64,000 nt of DNA. It comes from Bacteroidetes bacterium UBA6221 (lineage in GTDB: Bacteria > Bacteroidota > Bacteroidia > Chitinophagales > Chitinophagaceae). Positions within the stretch are counted from its first letter, which is position 1. The number at the start of each line of letters is the position of its first letter. Location of the stretch: assembly GCA_002421685.1 (NCBI GenBank), contig DISB01000016.1, positions 378,549 through 442,548 of the forward strand, in the 5' to 3' direction. This document shows positions 36,831 through 45,968 of this stretch, piece after piece. The position numbers and the translations under genes were made by a program. The notes beneath the pieces were generated by a model. That model had not been told where the DNA came from. It did no database searches and saw nothing but the letters and a program-made list of their open reading frames with translations.

Positions 36831-37302
36831 AAGTACGTTTTTGTTTATAAAGCTACGACCGGGCAACAAGCAGGTAGTTATGAAAAAGGCATTTATAGTT
36901 ATAAATCTCCGCCGTTGTGGTAGCTTTGACCCACAACCCCGTTATGCGCAGACTTTATATGTCTTACCCAGCGGCAAGTCTCCCAAATTGCGATACCGCT
37001 GTTGTTGGTCGCCCGACCAACGACCCTCTTACGGGATGATGTTGCCACTCCAAATATTAACTTGTAAAACACAACAAAATTACGTAAATTTACATTTAAT
37101 AATACCTACTCACTAAGCCGGGTATCGAAGCTCTTTGACATGAAAACATACTGCGCGCGGTTGTTACAAACGGTTACAGTTACGGACATTTTTATTCCCA
37201 ATTTCGAGGCATCAACTGAGCGAAGCGACTTCAACGAGGCCGTTGAAATCACATCAATAATCGAGTTACCACCCCGAACGCAGTGAGCTCGAGGAAGCAA
37301 TT

Positions 37303-37645
37303 GAAAAAACCTAAATCCCGGCATCATTTTGGAACAAAAATCAAAAAATTCCCCTCCTGTTTTTAGGAGGGATATTGGTGAATGCCTTTAGGGCATGAGC
37401 CAATCGGGGTGGTTGACTCGGGCCGGACTAATTTCAAATAATATTGTTCCAATTTTTAAAAAGCAAAATCCCGGCATCATTTTGGAACAAAAATCAAAAA
37501 ATTCCCCTCCTGTTTTTAGGAGGGGATATTGGCGAATGCCTTTAGGGCATGAGCCAATCGGGGTGGTTGACCCGCGCCGGACTAATTTCAAATAATATTG
37601 TTCCAATTTTTAAAACCTAAATCCGGGCATCATTTTGGAGCCCAA
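37303..37645. repeat. Tandem direct repeat, 153-bp unit, about 2.2 copies. Each full unit carries an 8-bp-stem GC hairpin flanked by an A/T run.
   Basis: The anchor TCCCGGCATCATTTTGGA recurs at 37316, 37469 and 37622 (the third copy has a C-to-G change). The two full units differ at roughly half a dozen positions. The hairpin is cccctcct-gttttt-aggagggg. Confidence 0.9.
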
Positions 37646-37743
37646 TTATTAACTATAAGTAATTTTTTTAAATTATACCCTAAATCGGTCTATGAACGTG
37701 ATAATTATATTAATTTTATCATACAAAAACTAACAATACGAAA

Positions 37744-39789
37744 ATGAAACAGTTTATCTATTCACTTGTATTTTTCATGCTCTTACTGCTTGCAGTGCAT
37801 GATGTAAGGGCACAATTTCTGTATAACATGCCAATTACTATTACCAACAATGAAAATAAAACAGTTGTTGGCTGGCAAGTTCCCTTATACATTAATACCG
37901 CAGCCCTGGTAACTGCAGGCCATATGCAGACAGATGGCAGGGACATCAGGTTCAGCAAAGACTGCGCCGGAACGAAGATGCTCAATTTTTTCATTGACTC
38001 CGGCATGAACAGTACCAAGACAAAGATATGGGTAAAGATAGACACCCTCTACCCGATGGCGGACAGGTTGATCTATATGCTGTATGGCAATACAACTGTA
38101 ACAACAGCCTCAACCTACGCTACTTTTAACGGGCCGTATTCGGCAACGGATAGCGTAGTACCCGCCAACACCAATACTGTATCCGATTGCCAGCGTGGTA
38201 TGAAGTTTAGAGCGACCAGGGATATTATAGTTTCGAGGTTTGGCAAATTTACACCGGATAACACCACCCGTTGGGTGACGCTGTTCGACTTTACCACGCA
38301 AGCTAAACTGGAACAAATACAGGTGTCGGGGCCAGCGGCCACATACAGCTACCAGTCGCTTTCCAACCATCTGTGGATAAAAGCTAATGTTGACTATATA
38401 CTTGCCCTGCACAACGCATCGGGCCATATGTACTACTATACTGCACCGGGCCAGGGCGGTCCTTACATACAATATGGTGACATGAGGTACTGCAATAGTT
38501 GCAACCAGAATACATTTCCTACCACTGTACTTTCAAACAATATGTACGGTGTCCCCGACTTCGAATATTATACCGTAGACACCAACAACATTACGAACAT
38601 CCCTACCTATAGCCTGTCCGGTTCCGGTACAGGAAATGCCGAAATCACACTGGGTGATATGCCCTATATCTGCCCCGGCGAGACGCAGGCCCTGGTACCT
38701 TACTCATCTACCATAGGCAATCCGCAATCATACGACATAACCTGGAGCGCAGCGGCAAATTCAGCAGGCTTTATTAATACGTCTAACGAGCCTCTTGCCC
38801 CTCAAAATATTGTCATCAATACGCCGGGTAGCCTGGCATTGGGCACATATACCGGCACATTAACCATCAACAATATCTGCGGTGCCGGCAAATCATACCC
38901 GGTGCAGGTAATTGTAGGCGGCAACGTAAATATCAAAACCCAGGGGCACCCGGAGGATACAGTTGTGTGCCCGCGCGACCCCGCAGCCTTTACAGTAAAC
39001 GCCACCGGCCCCGGTCTATCGTACCAGTGGCAGGGTTTGCTATCAGGCGTATGGACTGATATTACTAATGGCGGAAATTATTCCGGTGCAAACACCCCAT
39101 TGCTCCAGATATCGCAGGCTCAGAACAGTGACAATAATAATGAGTACCGTTGTATTGTGTCCAGCAATTGCGCTTCCCCGGTTACGTCTTCTGCCGGCAT
39201 ACTAAAAGTAAATGTGGATCCAATAGTGAGCACAGACCCGGCAGACGTGGTGGCGACACCGGGCCAGACCGTTACATTTACAGTTGCCATACAGGGAAAT
39301 GCGCGGTACCAGTGGCAGGCAGCCGTGCCCGGCGGGGTTTTCTCCAACATCAATGATGGCGCTATATACAATGGAGTAAAAACAAATAAATTGACGGTAA
39401 CAGGTGTCGCTATCGTACAGGATAACTATAGTTTCCGTTGTGTATTGTATAATGCGGGCAATTGTATAGCTCCGGGAGATACCAGTAATGCGGCTATCCT
39501 TACCGTAGTTCCGCCTGAAACGGTGAGCTCCATCCATCAGCAGGAATTGACCGTAGTGTACCCTAACCCTGTAACCGGGGCGGAGTTGTATATAAGAACG
39601 GGCAAATCCGGCAAGGGTATAGAGTACAGGATAACCGATAAAGCAGGCAGGATCGTTGGCCGGGGTAATATCAATGCGGGTGGTGTTACTACTGCAGATG
39701 TAAGGCAACTGGCGCCAGGTATATATTTTGCTGAAATCCTGGACAGCGATGGAAACCGGGTGACAAATACAAAATTTACAAAGCAATAA
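37744..39789 (+). CDS. T9SS-sorted secreted multidomain protein (681 aa) with a DUF2341-like N-terminal domain, a DUF4082-like domain, Ig-like repeats and a T9SS CTD
   Basis: Signal MKQFIYSLVFFMLLLLAVHDVRAQ. GRDIRFSKD...TKIWVKIDTL is DUF2341-like and GMKFRATRDIIVSRFGKF is DUF4082-like. Repeated modules (YQWQGL..., YQWQAAV...). The C-terminus VVYPNPVTGAELYI...GIYFAEILD is a T9SS CTD. Confidence 0.82.
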   Translation: MKQFIYSLVFFMLLLLAVHDVRAQFLYNMPITITNNENKTVVGWQVPLYINTAALVTAGHMQTDGRDIRFSKDCAGTKMLNFFIDSGMNSTKTKIWVKIDTLYPMADRLIYMLYGNTTVTTASTYATFNGPYSATDSVVPANTNTVSDCQRGMKFRATRDIIVSRFGKFTPDNTTRWVTLFDFTTQAKLEQIQVSGPAATYSYQSLSNHLWIKANVDYILALHNASGHMYYYTAPGQGGPYIQYGDMRYCNSCNQNTFPTTVLSNNMYGVPDFEYYTVDTNNITNIPTYSLSGSGTGNAEITLGDMPYICPGETQALVPYSSTIGNPQSYDITWSAAANSAGFINTSNEPLAPQNIVINTPGSLALGTYTGTLTINNICGAGKSYPVQVIVGGNVNIKTQGHPEDTVVCPRDPAAFTVNATGPGLSYQWQGLLSGVWTDITNGGNYSGANTPLLQISQAQNSDNNNEYRCIVSSNCASPVTSSAGILKVNVDPIVSTDPADVVATPGQTVTFTVAIQGNARYQWQAAVPGGVFSNINDGAIYNGVKTNKLTVTGVAIVQDNYSFRCVLYNAGNCIAPGDTSNAAILTVVPPETVSSIHQQELTVVYPNPVTGAELYIRTGKSGKGIEYRITDKAGRIVGRGNINAGGVTTADVRQLAPGIYFAEILDSDGNRVTNTKFTKQ

Positions 39790-39813
39790 TATATCCTTAA
39801 AATATGGTTGGGT

Positions 39814-39848
39814 ATCAGGCGCCGTTAGAAATGGCGCCTGATATTTTA
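39814..39848 (+). terminator. Rho-independent terminator after the 681-aa gene
   Basis: atcaggcgcc-gttagaaat-ggcgcctgat followed by attttat. Confidence 0.75.
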
Positions 39849-39995
39849 TATATGGCGATGGTGTAGCGTCCTGTTGTCCGAAGGCGCGGTTACCAGTTCA
39901 GCATGACAATTTTGCCAATGAACCAGAAAACTATGAACCAAATCATAAATTTTTGTCATAACTCCGCCGGGTTTCCAATCATGCGCTGAATACAG

Positions 39996-40003
39996 TATTT
40001 TTG
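39996..40003 (+). promoter_or_regulatory. Possible Bacteroidota -7 promoter element (TAnnTTTG) upstream of korB
   Basis: tatttttg matches TAnnTTTG and lies 17 nt upstream of the ATG at 40020. This is a single short motif, so the call is weak. Confidence 0.3.
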
Positions 40004-40019
40004 CTTAATATTTTTAGTT

Positions 40020-41087
40020 ATGAGTGATGTTGTAATGAATGCTGTGACGGAAGGACTGGAACCCAAAAAGGAAAATGCCCCGCTGACCGCAAAAGACTTT
40101 GCCACCGACCAGGAGGTACGCTGGTGCCCCGGCTGCGGCGATTATTCTATATTAAAGCAGGTACAAACCATATTGCCCCAAACGGGTATCCCCCGCGAGG
40201 ACATTGTGATCATATCGGGTATTGGCTGTAGCTCGCGCTTCCCGTATTATATGAACACTTTCGGGATGCACTCGATACACGGGCGTGCTACGGCTATCGC
40301 TTCGGGATTGAAAGCCACCCGTCCCGACCTGAGCGTATGGATAGTGACCGGCGACGGCGACAGCCTGAGCATCGGTGGCAACCATACCATACACTTGCTG
40401 CGCAGGAACTTCAATGTGAACATACTGCTCTTCAACAACCAGATATATGGCCTGACCAAAGGACAATATTCCCCTACGTCAGAAGAGCATAAGGTCACCA
40501 AGTCAACACCGTTTGGCAGTATAGACCATCCCTTCAATCCACTAGCACTGGCTATGGGTGCTGATGCATCGTTTGTAGCCCGCTCGCTGGACCGCGACCC
40601 CAAACACCTGCAGGAGATGCTGCTGCGCTCGCATGCGCACCACGGCACATCGCTGCTGGAGATATACCAGAACTGCAATATCTTCAATGATGGCGCGTTT
40701 GAAATATTTACAGATAAGAAAACCAGGGTGGATGAAGTGCTGACACTGGAGCAGGGCAAGCCGCTGATATATGGTGCGCAAAGCGATAAAGGCATAGTGC
40801 TGGATGGCTACAAGCCCAAAGTAGTGAGCCTGAATGAAGGTCATAGCACAGATGACCTGTGGGTACACGATGAGGGAGACTTCTATAAAGCGCAGATACT
40901 TACCCGTTTCTTCGACAACCCGGCTAATGAAGGGCACCTGCCCCGCCCGATAGGTGTGTTCTTTGCCAGGGAAAGGCCTACCTACGAAGATGCTATGAGC
41001 TTGCAGATGGAAGATGCACTGGCGCAGAAAGGCAAAGGCGACCTGGACAAGCTGCTGCACGGCAGGGAAACCTGGGTGATAGAATAA
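40020..41087 (+). CDS. korB: 2-oxoglutarate/2-oxoacid:ferredoxin oxidoreductase beta (TPP-binding) subunit, 355 aa
   Basis: QEVRWCPGCGDYSILK, GIGCSSRF, VTGDGDSLSIGGNH and NNQIYGLTKGQ are canonical KorB motifs. Confidence 0.88.
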   Translation: MSDVVMNAVTEGLEPKKENAPLTAKDFATDQEVRWCPGCGDYSILKQVQTILPQTGIPREDIVIISGIGCSSRFPYYMNTFGMHSIHGRATAIASGLKATRPDLSVWIVTGDGDSLSIGGNHTIHLLRRNFNVNILLFNNQIYGLTKGQYSPTSEEHKVTKSTPFGSIDHPFNPLALAMGADASFVARSLDRDPKHLQEMLLRSHAHHGTSLLEIYQNCNIFNDGAFEIFTDKKTRVDEVLTLEQGKPLIYGAQSDKGIVLDGYKPKVVSLNEGHSTDDLWVHDEGDFYKAQILTRFFDNPANEGHLPRPIGVFFARERPTYEDAMSLQMEDALAQKGKGDLDKLLHGRETWVIE

Positions 41088-41132
41088 GTTTGCAGCAGCC
41101 AGTTTACAGCAGACCATTATCTTTATGGCCTC

Positions 41133-42638
41133 ATGTCAATAAAACGTTTAGCAAGTCATACAATGTGGTACGGGCTCAGCAGCATTGTAGCCCGCTTCCT
41201 CAGCTATTTGCTCACGCCCTACCTGACAGACCCCGACCACCTGAGCGTACTGGAATATGGTAAGATGAGCATGATATTCTCTACCATACCATTCATGAGC
41301 GCGTTGTTCACCTATGGGTTTGAGATTACATTTTTCAGGTATAGCAATAAGGACGAGGATGAGCGGGTGGTATTCAATACCGCTTCTCTATCCATTATCA
41401 TCACTACACTTATTTTTACGAGTGTATTACTGATGTTCAGCGAACCGATTGCGGTATTCCTGCAAGTACCCGATAATCCTGAATTCATTACATGGACTGC
41501 CCTGATCATAGCTATCGACACACTGGCTGTGATACCTTTTGCCAAACTGCGACAGATAAACAGGCCGAGGAAGTACGCACTCATCAGGATAGCCGCCATA
41601 TTGATGACGATTGCCGCAACCGTATTCTTTTATACCTACCTGCCGCGCATCGCAGCAGAACGGCCGGATTCATTTATCGCATCCTGGTACGACCCGCAGA
41701 TGGGCGTAGGCTATTATATCATCGCTACGCTCATTGCGTCTATCCTCACGCTGGTGTTGCTGGCACCCGAAGTATTGTCCATCCGTTTCCAAGGGAGTTT
41801 CCGGTTGTGGAAAGAGATGCTCTTGTATTCGCTGCCGCTGATGATAGCGGGTTTTGCGGGTGTGATCAACGAAACCTTTGACCGCATACTGTTAGGTAAG
41901 CTTACGCCCAAAGATGCGGCAGTGTCAGGCGTGGTGCTGGCAGGTATATACGGTGCCTGCTACAAGTTATCCCTGCTCATCAATATATTCATCCAGGCTT
42001 TCAGGATGGGTGCCGAACCCTTCTTCTTTTCAGAGTCGAAAAACAAGAACGCACCTGAAACATACGCCCGTGTGATGAAGTACATCGTTATAGTCATGAC
42101 CAGCATGTTCCTTTTTGTAACACTGTACATCGACTACTGGAAGCATTTTATACAGAACGAAGAAATGTGGGTGGGCCTGAACGTGGTGCCTATACTGCTG
42201 ATAGCCAATATGAGCCTGGGTGCCTACTATACACTCTCCTTCTGGTACAAGCTGTCGCAAAAGACTTATGCGGCGTTAGTGATTACTTTTATTGGCGCGG
42301 CTATTACACTGCTGGTCAACTTCCTGTTTATACCCAAGTATGGTTATATGGCATCGGCATGGGCCACGCTGGGTTGCTACGGGGGGATGATGATCATTTC
42401 TTACCTGTGGGGCAGGAAGGTATATCCTGTACCTTATGAAGTGGGCAAGCTGGGCAGGTTCTTCATTATGATGCTGGCTTTATACTTCCTCAACAGTATC
42501 GCCGGCAGCTATATAGATAACCTGGTGCTGCGTACCATAATAGCAACCGTACTCATGCTGGTGTACCTGGCATATATATTCCGCACTGAGAAAGATGATT
42601 TGAAAAGCCTGCCCATTATTGGGAAACTGGTGCGTTAG
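41133..42638 (+). CDS. MOP-superfamily polysaccharide/oligosaccharide flippase (Wzx-like), 501 aa
   Basis: About 12-14 hydrophobic helices. The N-terminal LASHTMWYGLSSIVARFLSYLLTPYLT is typical of polysaccharide biosynthesis protein family members. Confidence 0.75.
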   Translation: MSIKRLASHTMWYGLSSIVARFLSYLLTPYLTDPDHLSVLEYGKMSMIFSTIPFMSALFTYGFEITFFRYSNKDEDERVVFNTASLSIIITTLIFTSVLLMFSEPIAVFLQVPDNPEFITWTALIIAIDTLAVIPFAKLRQINRPRKYALIRIAAILMTIAATVFFYTYLPRIAAERPDSFIASWYDPQMGVGYYIIATLIASILTLVLLAPEVLSIRFQGSFRLWKEMLLYSLPLMIAGFAGVINETFDRILLGKLTPKDAAVSGVVLAGIYGACYKLSLLINIFIQAFRMGAEPFFFSESKNKNAPETYARVMKYIVIVMTSMFLFVTLYIDYWKHFIQNEEMWVGLNVVPILLIANMSLGAYYTLSFWYKLSQKTYAALVITFIGAAITLLVNFLFIPKYGYMASAWATLGCYGGMMIISYLWGRKVYPVPYEVGKLGRFFIMMLALYFLNSIAGSYIDNLVLRTIIATVLMLVYLAYIFRTEKDDLKSLPIIGKLVR

Positions 42639-43495
42639 GCCAGCAGCTCACAGGGCTTCATACCCGTGGCCTTTTTGAACGCCGTGCTGAAATGCGATAT
42701 ACTGCTATAGCCCAATGAGTTCGCAACATCTGATACAGATACACCATCCTGCTTCAACAAGTCTTTGGCTTTGGCTATGCGCAACTCCTGCGTGTACTCG
42801 TGTATGGTTTTGCCCGTCAAGGCTTTGAAGCCCTTTTTCAGGTAGCACTCGTTCATAGCCACCTTGCGGGAAAGTTCCTTAATGGTCAGTGGATTGTCGA
42901 GGTTTTCCCTGATAACCATTTGCGCGGTAATCACTTTCTCCCGCTCCGTATCATGCGCCAGGAAGCTACAGGCCGGCACGGGGCAAGCCGTGAATGGCAC
43001 CGTGATACACTCCATGGCCCTGCGCAGCAGGTGGGTGGCCGTTTCGGTGCGCTGCAATATCTGGGTGAACTCCGTAGGCTCTACCGCCCCTTTCAGTTGC
43101 TCCAGCAGGTTTTCGCTCTGCGTGCAGATACAGAACTGCTGCTCCGTTACTTTATCGAAGCGGAAAGGCATATCGGCCGTTATAGCGCTCATGGGGTATT
43201 GGTCGAAGAACCCGGGCTGAAACTCCAGCCGGCAAATGCGGCCTGTTTCCTGCTGGTCATCTACCTGCAGGTAGAGCAGTTGCACGCAAAAGCGCTCGTC
43301 GGCTATGGGGAAGAGGTGGAGCCGGGCGTGTTCTTCAGGCCAGGTATTTTCGGGGTAGCTTACCTCGATATACTCGGCCTGGATGAAGTTGTTGACCCGC
43401 AGCGGTGTACGCCCCAGCACCTGGACCTGCTGGCCCAGTATGCGCTCTATAGGCGCTACCTGCTTTTGCATACCTTTTACTGCTACCCTTGCCAC
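42635..43495 (-). CDS. AraC-family transcriptional regulator, 286 aa
   Basis: C-terminal double HTH: IKELSRKVAMNECYLKKGFKALTGKTIHEYTQELRIAKAKDLL...VSDVANSLGYSSISHFSTAFKKATGMKP. Confidence 0.85.
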   Translation of the reverse strand: MARVAVKGMQKQVAPIERILGQQVQVLGRTPLRVNNFIQAEYIEVSYPENTWPEEHARLHLFPIADERFCVQLLYLQVDDQQETGRICRLEFQPGFFDQYPMSAITADMPFRFDKVTEQQFCICTQSENLLEQLKGAVEPTEFTQILQRTETATHLLRRAMECITVPFTACPVPACSFLAHDTEREKVITAQMVIRENLDNPLTIKELSRKVAMNECYLKKGFKALTGKTIHEYTQELRIAKAKDLLKQDGVSVSDVANSLGYSSISHFSTAFKKATGMKPCELLA

Positions 43496-43571
43496 GGCTG
43501 CAAATATAGGTTATTCTCGCTAGTCCCATGTTAAGGCTGCTTCGGGCGGCTTATAATTACAATCTATATCT

Positions 43572-43802
43572 TTGGGCGTGGTTGATTTCCTCTTTGAAGT
43601 TGTATTAGGCAGCTTTTTTCAATTTCTGCGGTGGATATACTTCAGATTAAGGTATCCTGATAAACTTGTGCGTGCCAGGAAATTGGCTGAGTATAAGGAC
43701 AGCATGCCACTGATAAACAAGGTGTTTGGTTGGTTTTTAATATGTAGCTTGTTACTTATACTCCTACTCTTGTTTTATAAGTTAACAGGTATTTTTGAAT
43801 AG
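43572..43802 (+). CDS. Small hypothetical membrane protein (76 aa, TTG start in the ORF track)
   Basis: ORF with two hydrophobic segments. There is no other support. Confidence 0.35.
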   Translation: MGVVDFLFEVVLGSFFQFLRWIYFRLRYPDKLVRARKLAEYKDSMPLINKVFGWFLICSLLLILLLLFYKLTGIFE

Positions 43803-43834
43803 TGCTTATTCTTCCATCCTATCTTTGCCACTGT

Positions 43835-44278
43835 ATGAGGTACTATATAGCAGCCATATTAATATTGTTCTTAGCAGCGTGCGCTAACCCCCGCCAGTTG
43901 GAATACCAGGATGTAAAGAACTTCCGCCTGCTGGAGCTGAGCCTGCAGCCTACCGTGGGTATGGATGTGCAGTTTTACAATCCCAACACCTTTGGCATGA
44001 CCATGAAGGACGCCAATATAGACCTGTACCTGAACGGCAAGCTGGTGGGCAAAGCCACCCTGGCCGAGAGCTACCAGGTGCCGGGGCTGGATACCTTCTT
44101 ACTCCCCGTAAATCTCAAAGCCGACCTGCAACAGGTGCTGCCCAACGCACTGGCCATACTTGCCAATAATAAGATAGACGTAGAACTGAAAGGCTATGTA
44201 AAAGCCGGCAGGGGTGTGTTCATCAATGTGCCGATTAACTACAAGGGGACGCAGGAGTTGAATGTAACGGGGTTTTAA
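43835..44278 (+). CDS. LEA_2 / NDR1-HIN1-like (water-stress) family lipoprotein, 147 aa from the ATG at 43835
   Basis: Lipobox ILFLAAC. VQFYNPNTFGMTMKDANIDLYLNGKLVGKATL is typical of LEA type 2 repeats. Confidence 0.65.
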   Translation: MRYYIAAILILFLAACANPRQLEYQDVKNFRLLELSLQPTVGMDVQFYNPNTFGMTMKDANIDLYLNGKLVGKATLAESYQVPGLDTFLLPVNLKADLQQVLPNALAILANNKIDVELKGYVKAGRGVFINVPINYKGTQELNVTGF

Positions 44279-44320
44279 GGCGTTGTTTGCAACCAAAAAC
44301 TTCCTAATTTTACCTCATTA

Positions 44321-44393
44321 GCGGGAATAGCTCAGTTGGTAGAGCATCAGCTTCCCAAGCTGAGGGTCGCGGGTTCGAGTCTCGTTTCCCGCT
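44321..44393 (+). tRNA. tRNA-Gly (anticodon CCC). CCA is not encoded.
   Basis: GCGGGAATAGCTCAGTTGGTAGAGCATCAGCTTCCCAAGCTGAGGGTCGCGGGTTCGAGTCTCGTTTCCCGCT. The acceptor GCGGGAA pairs with TTCCCGC. The anticodon loop is TTCCCAA. Confidence 0.9.
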
Positions 44394-44572
44394 CATTTTT
44401 TCTTCCGGTTTATTCTGTTACCAACCGAACATCGGGTAGCATATCATGTATACAGTTGCCTCCTGTATCTATTTATCCTGCGAGAAAAGAACCGTATTTG
44501 GTGATATCCGGGAGATGTATAACTCTCGCAGCCGGGATAGAGAAAGCGTCCGCTTAACCATATCTTTGCACC

Positions 44573-45967
44573 ATGATGAACTGGGCCAATTTATACAGCA
44601 CGGCACGTACCGGCGATGGCAACCAAAAAAGAACGGATAAAGACAAGGTGCGCACATCTTTTCAGCGCGACTACGACCGTATTATCTTTTCTTCCGCCTT
44701 CCGCCGCCTGCAAAACAAAACCCAGGTCTTCCCACTGCCGGGAGCTGTGTTTGTACACAACCGTCTCACCCACAGCCTGGAGGTAGCCTCGGTGGGCCGC
44801 TCGCTGGGCAAGTTTGCAGGTGATGCCATTGCAGATAAATACCCCGGTGAAAGTGAGGAATTCCGGGACTTTTACCGTTACGAATTACCATCGGTGATAG
44901 CGGCAGCCTGCCTGGCGCATGACATAGGCAATCCCCCTTTCGGGCATTCCGGTGAAGACGCCATCCGTACTTTTTTTTCGGGATTGGAAGGTGAGGCGGG
45001 AAAGATCATCTATGATGAATTGTCACCCGCACAACTGAAAGACCTGCAACTGTTCGAGGGCAACTCGAATGCATTGCGGGTGCTTACGCACAATTTCAAC
45101 AACCAGTCGGAAGGCGGGTATAAACTCACCTACACCACCCTGGCGTCCATCGTCAAATATCCCTGTGGCTCTGCAGAAGGTTTTAATAACTCCACCGGCC
45201 TTATTGCTACCAAAAAGTCGGGCTTCTTCAGCGCCGAATACGATACTTACATGGCGATAGCGGCGGAACTGGGCATACCAAAGAAGGATGGCTATGAAAC
45301 AGTGCACGTTCGTCACCCTTTTGTTTATCTCACCGAAGCGGCGGACGACATCTGCTACCGCATCATAGATATGGAAGATGCACACCGCCTGGGTATTGTG
45401 AGCATCGATAAAATTAAAGAACTCTTTCTGCCGTTTTTTGAAAATACAGGCACCTACCTCACGAGGGAATATGTGCAAGGCAAACTTGACAAACTAAGCG
45501 ACCCCAACCGGCAGGTAGAATATATCCGCGCAGTATGGATAGGCCTGATGACAGAGAAACTGGCCAAAGCCTTCATAGAGAACGAAGCTGCACTACTGGA
45601 AGGCACGCTGGAACAAGACCTGATGAAATGCCTGCCGACGCGCGAGCGGGAACTAATTCGAGCCATCAATGACTTTTCATACAAATACATTTACAATTAC
45701 AAATCGGTAGTGGAGATAGAGCTGGCAGGTTACAACGTGATTGGCGGACTGCTCAGGGAGTTTATCCATGCAGTATTGTACCCGGAAGAAAGCAAGTCTT
45801 TCAAGATGCTGCAATTAGTGTCTAAGCAATTCCCCATCAACGGGGAAAGAAAAGACCTTTACGGCGATATTCAGTCGGTAGTTGACTTTATTTCCGGCAT
45901 GACCGATCTGTATGCCATAGATATGTACCGCAAAATAACCGGCATCACCATACCTGAAATACGATAA
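44573..45967 (+). CDS. dgt: dGTP triphosphohydrolase (HD-domain dNTPase), 464 aa
   Basis: FQRDYDRIIFSSAFRRLQNKTQVF...HNRLTHSLEV...AHDIGNPPFGH. Confidence 0.88.
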   Translation: MMNWANLYSTARTGDGNQKRTDKDKVRTSFQRDYDRIIFSSAFRRLQNKTQVFPLPGAVFVHNRLTHSLEVASVGRSLGKFAGDAIADKYPGESEEFRDFYRYELPSVIAAACLAHDIGNPPFGHSGEDAIRTFFSGLEGEAGKIIYDELSPAQLKDLQLFEGNSNALRVLTHNFNNQSEGGYKLTYTTLASIVKYPCGSAEGFNNSTGLIATKKSGFFSAEYDTYMAIAAELGIPKKDGYETVHVRHPFVYLTEAADDICYRIIDMEDAHRLGIVSIDKIKELFLPFFENTGTYLTREYVQGKLDKLSDPNRQVEYIRAVWIGLMTEKLAKAFIENEAALLEGTLEQDLMKCLPTRERELIRAINDFSYKYIYNYKSVVEIELAGYNVIGGLLREFIHAVLYPEESKSFKMLQLVSKQFPINGERKDLYGDIQSVVDFISGMTDLYAIDMYRKITGITIPEIR

Positions 45968-45968
45968 G

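Noticed and set aside
37388-37606. ORFs of 72 aa (minus) and 66 aa (plus) spanning the 153-bp tandem repeats
   Set aside because: Both strands are open across the same repeat units, and the 'proteins' simply repeat with the DNA period. Hairpin/terminator-like structure explains the sequence better than coding does.
37303-37645. Possibility that the tandem repeat is a CRISPR array
   Set aside because: The units are 153 bp long and directly abutting with no unique spacers. There are only about 2.2 copies and no cas genes in the window.
42800-43534. 244-aa plus-strand ORF antisense to the AraC regulator. Similar antisense ORFs exist at 50470-51180 (opposite carbonic anhydrase), 51504-52259 (opposite FAH), 32750-33268 (opposite dcd), 40542-41117 and 40247-40795 (opposite korB), and 39202-39786 (opposite the T9SS protein).
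   Set aside because: Each is fully contained within, and antisense to, a gene with clear conserved motifs. None has a recognisable domain, signal or sensible start context.
44573-45967. The dGTPase as a possible anti-phage dNTP-depletion defence gene
   Set aside because: It sits in a housekeeping run (tRNA-Gly, dgt, queA, nadC, lipid kinase) with typical composition. It has no neighbouring defence or mobile genes, so it is most simply the chromosomal dgt.
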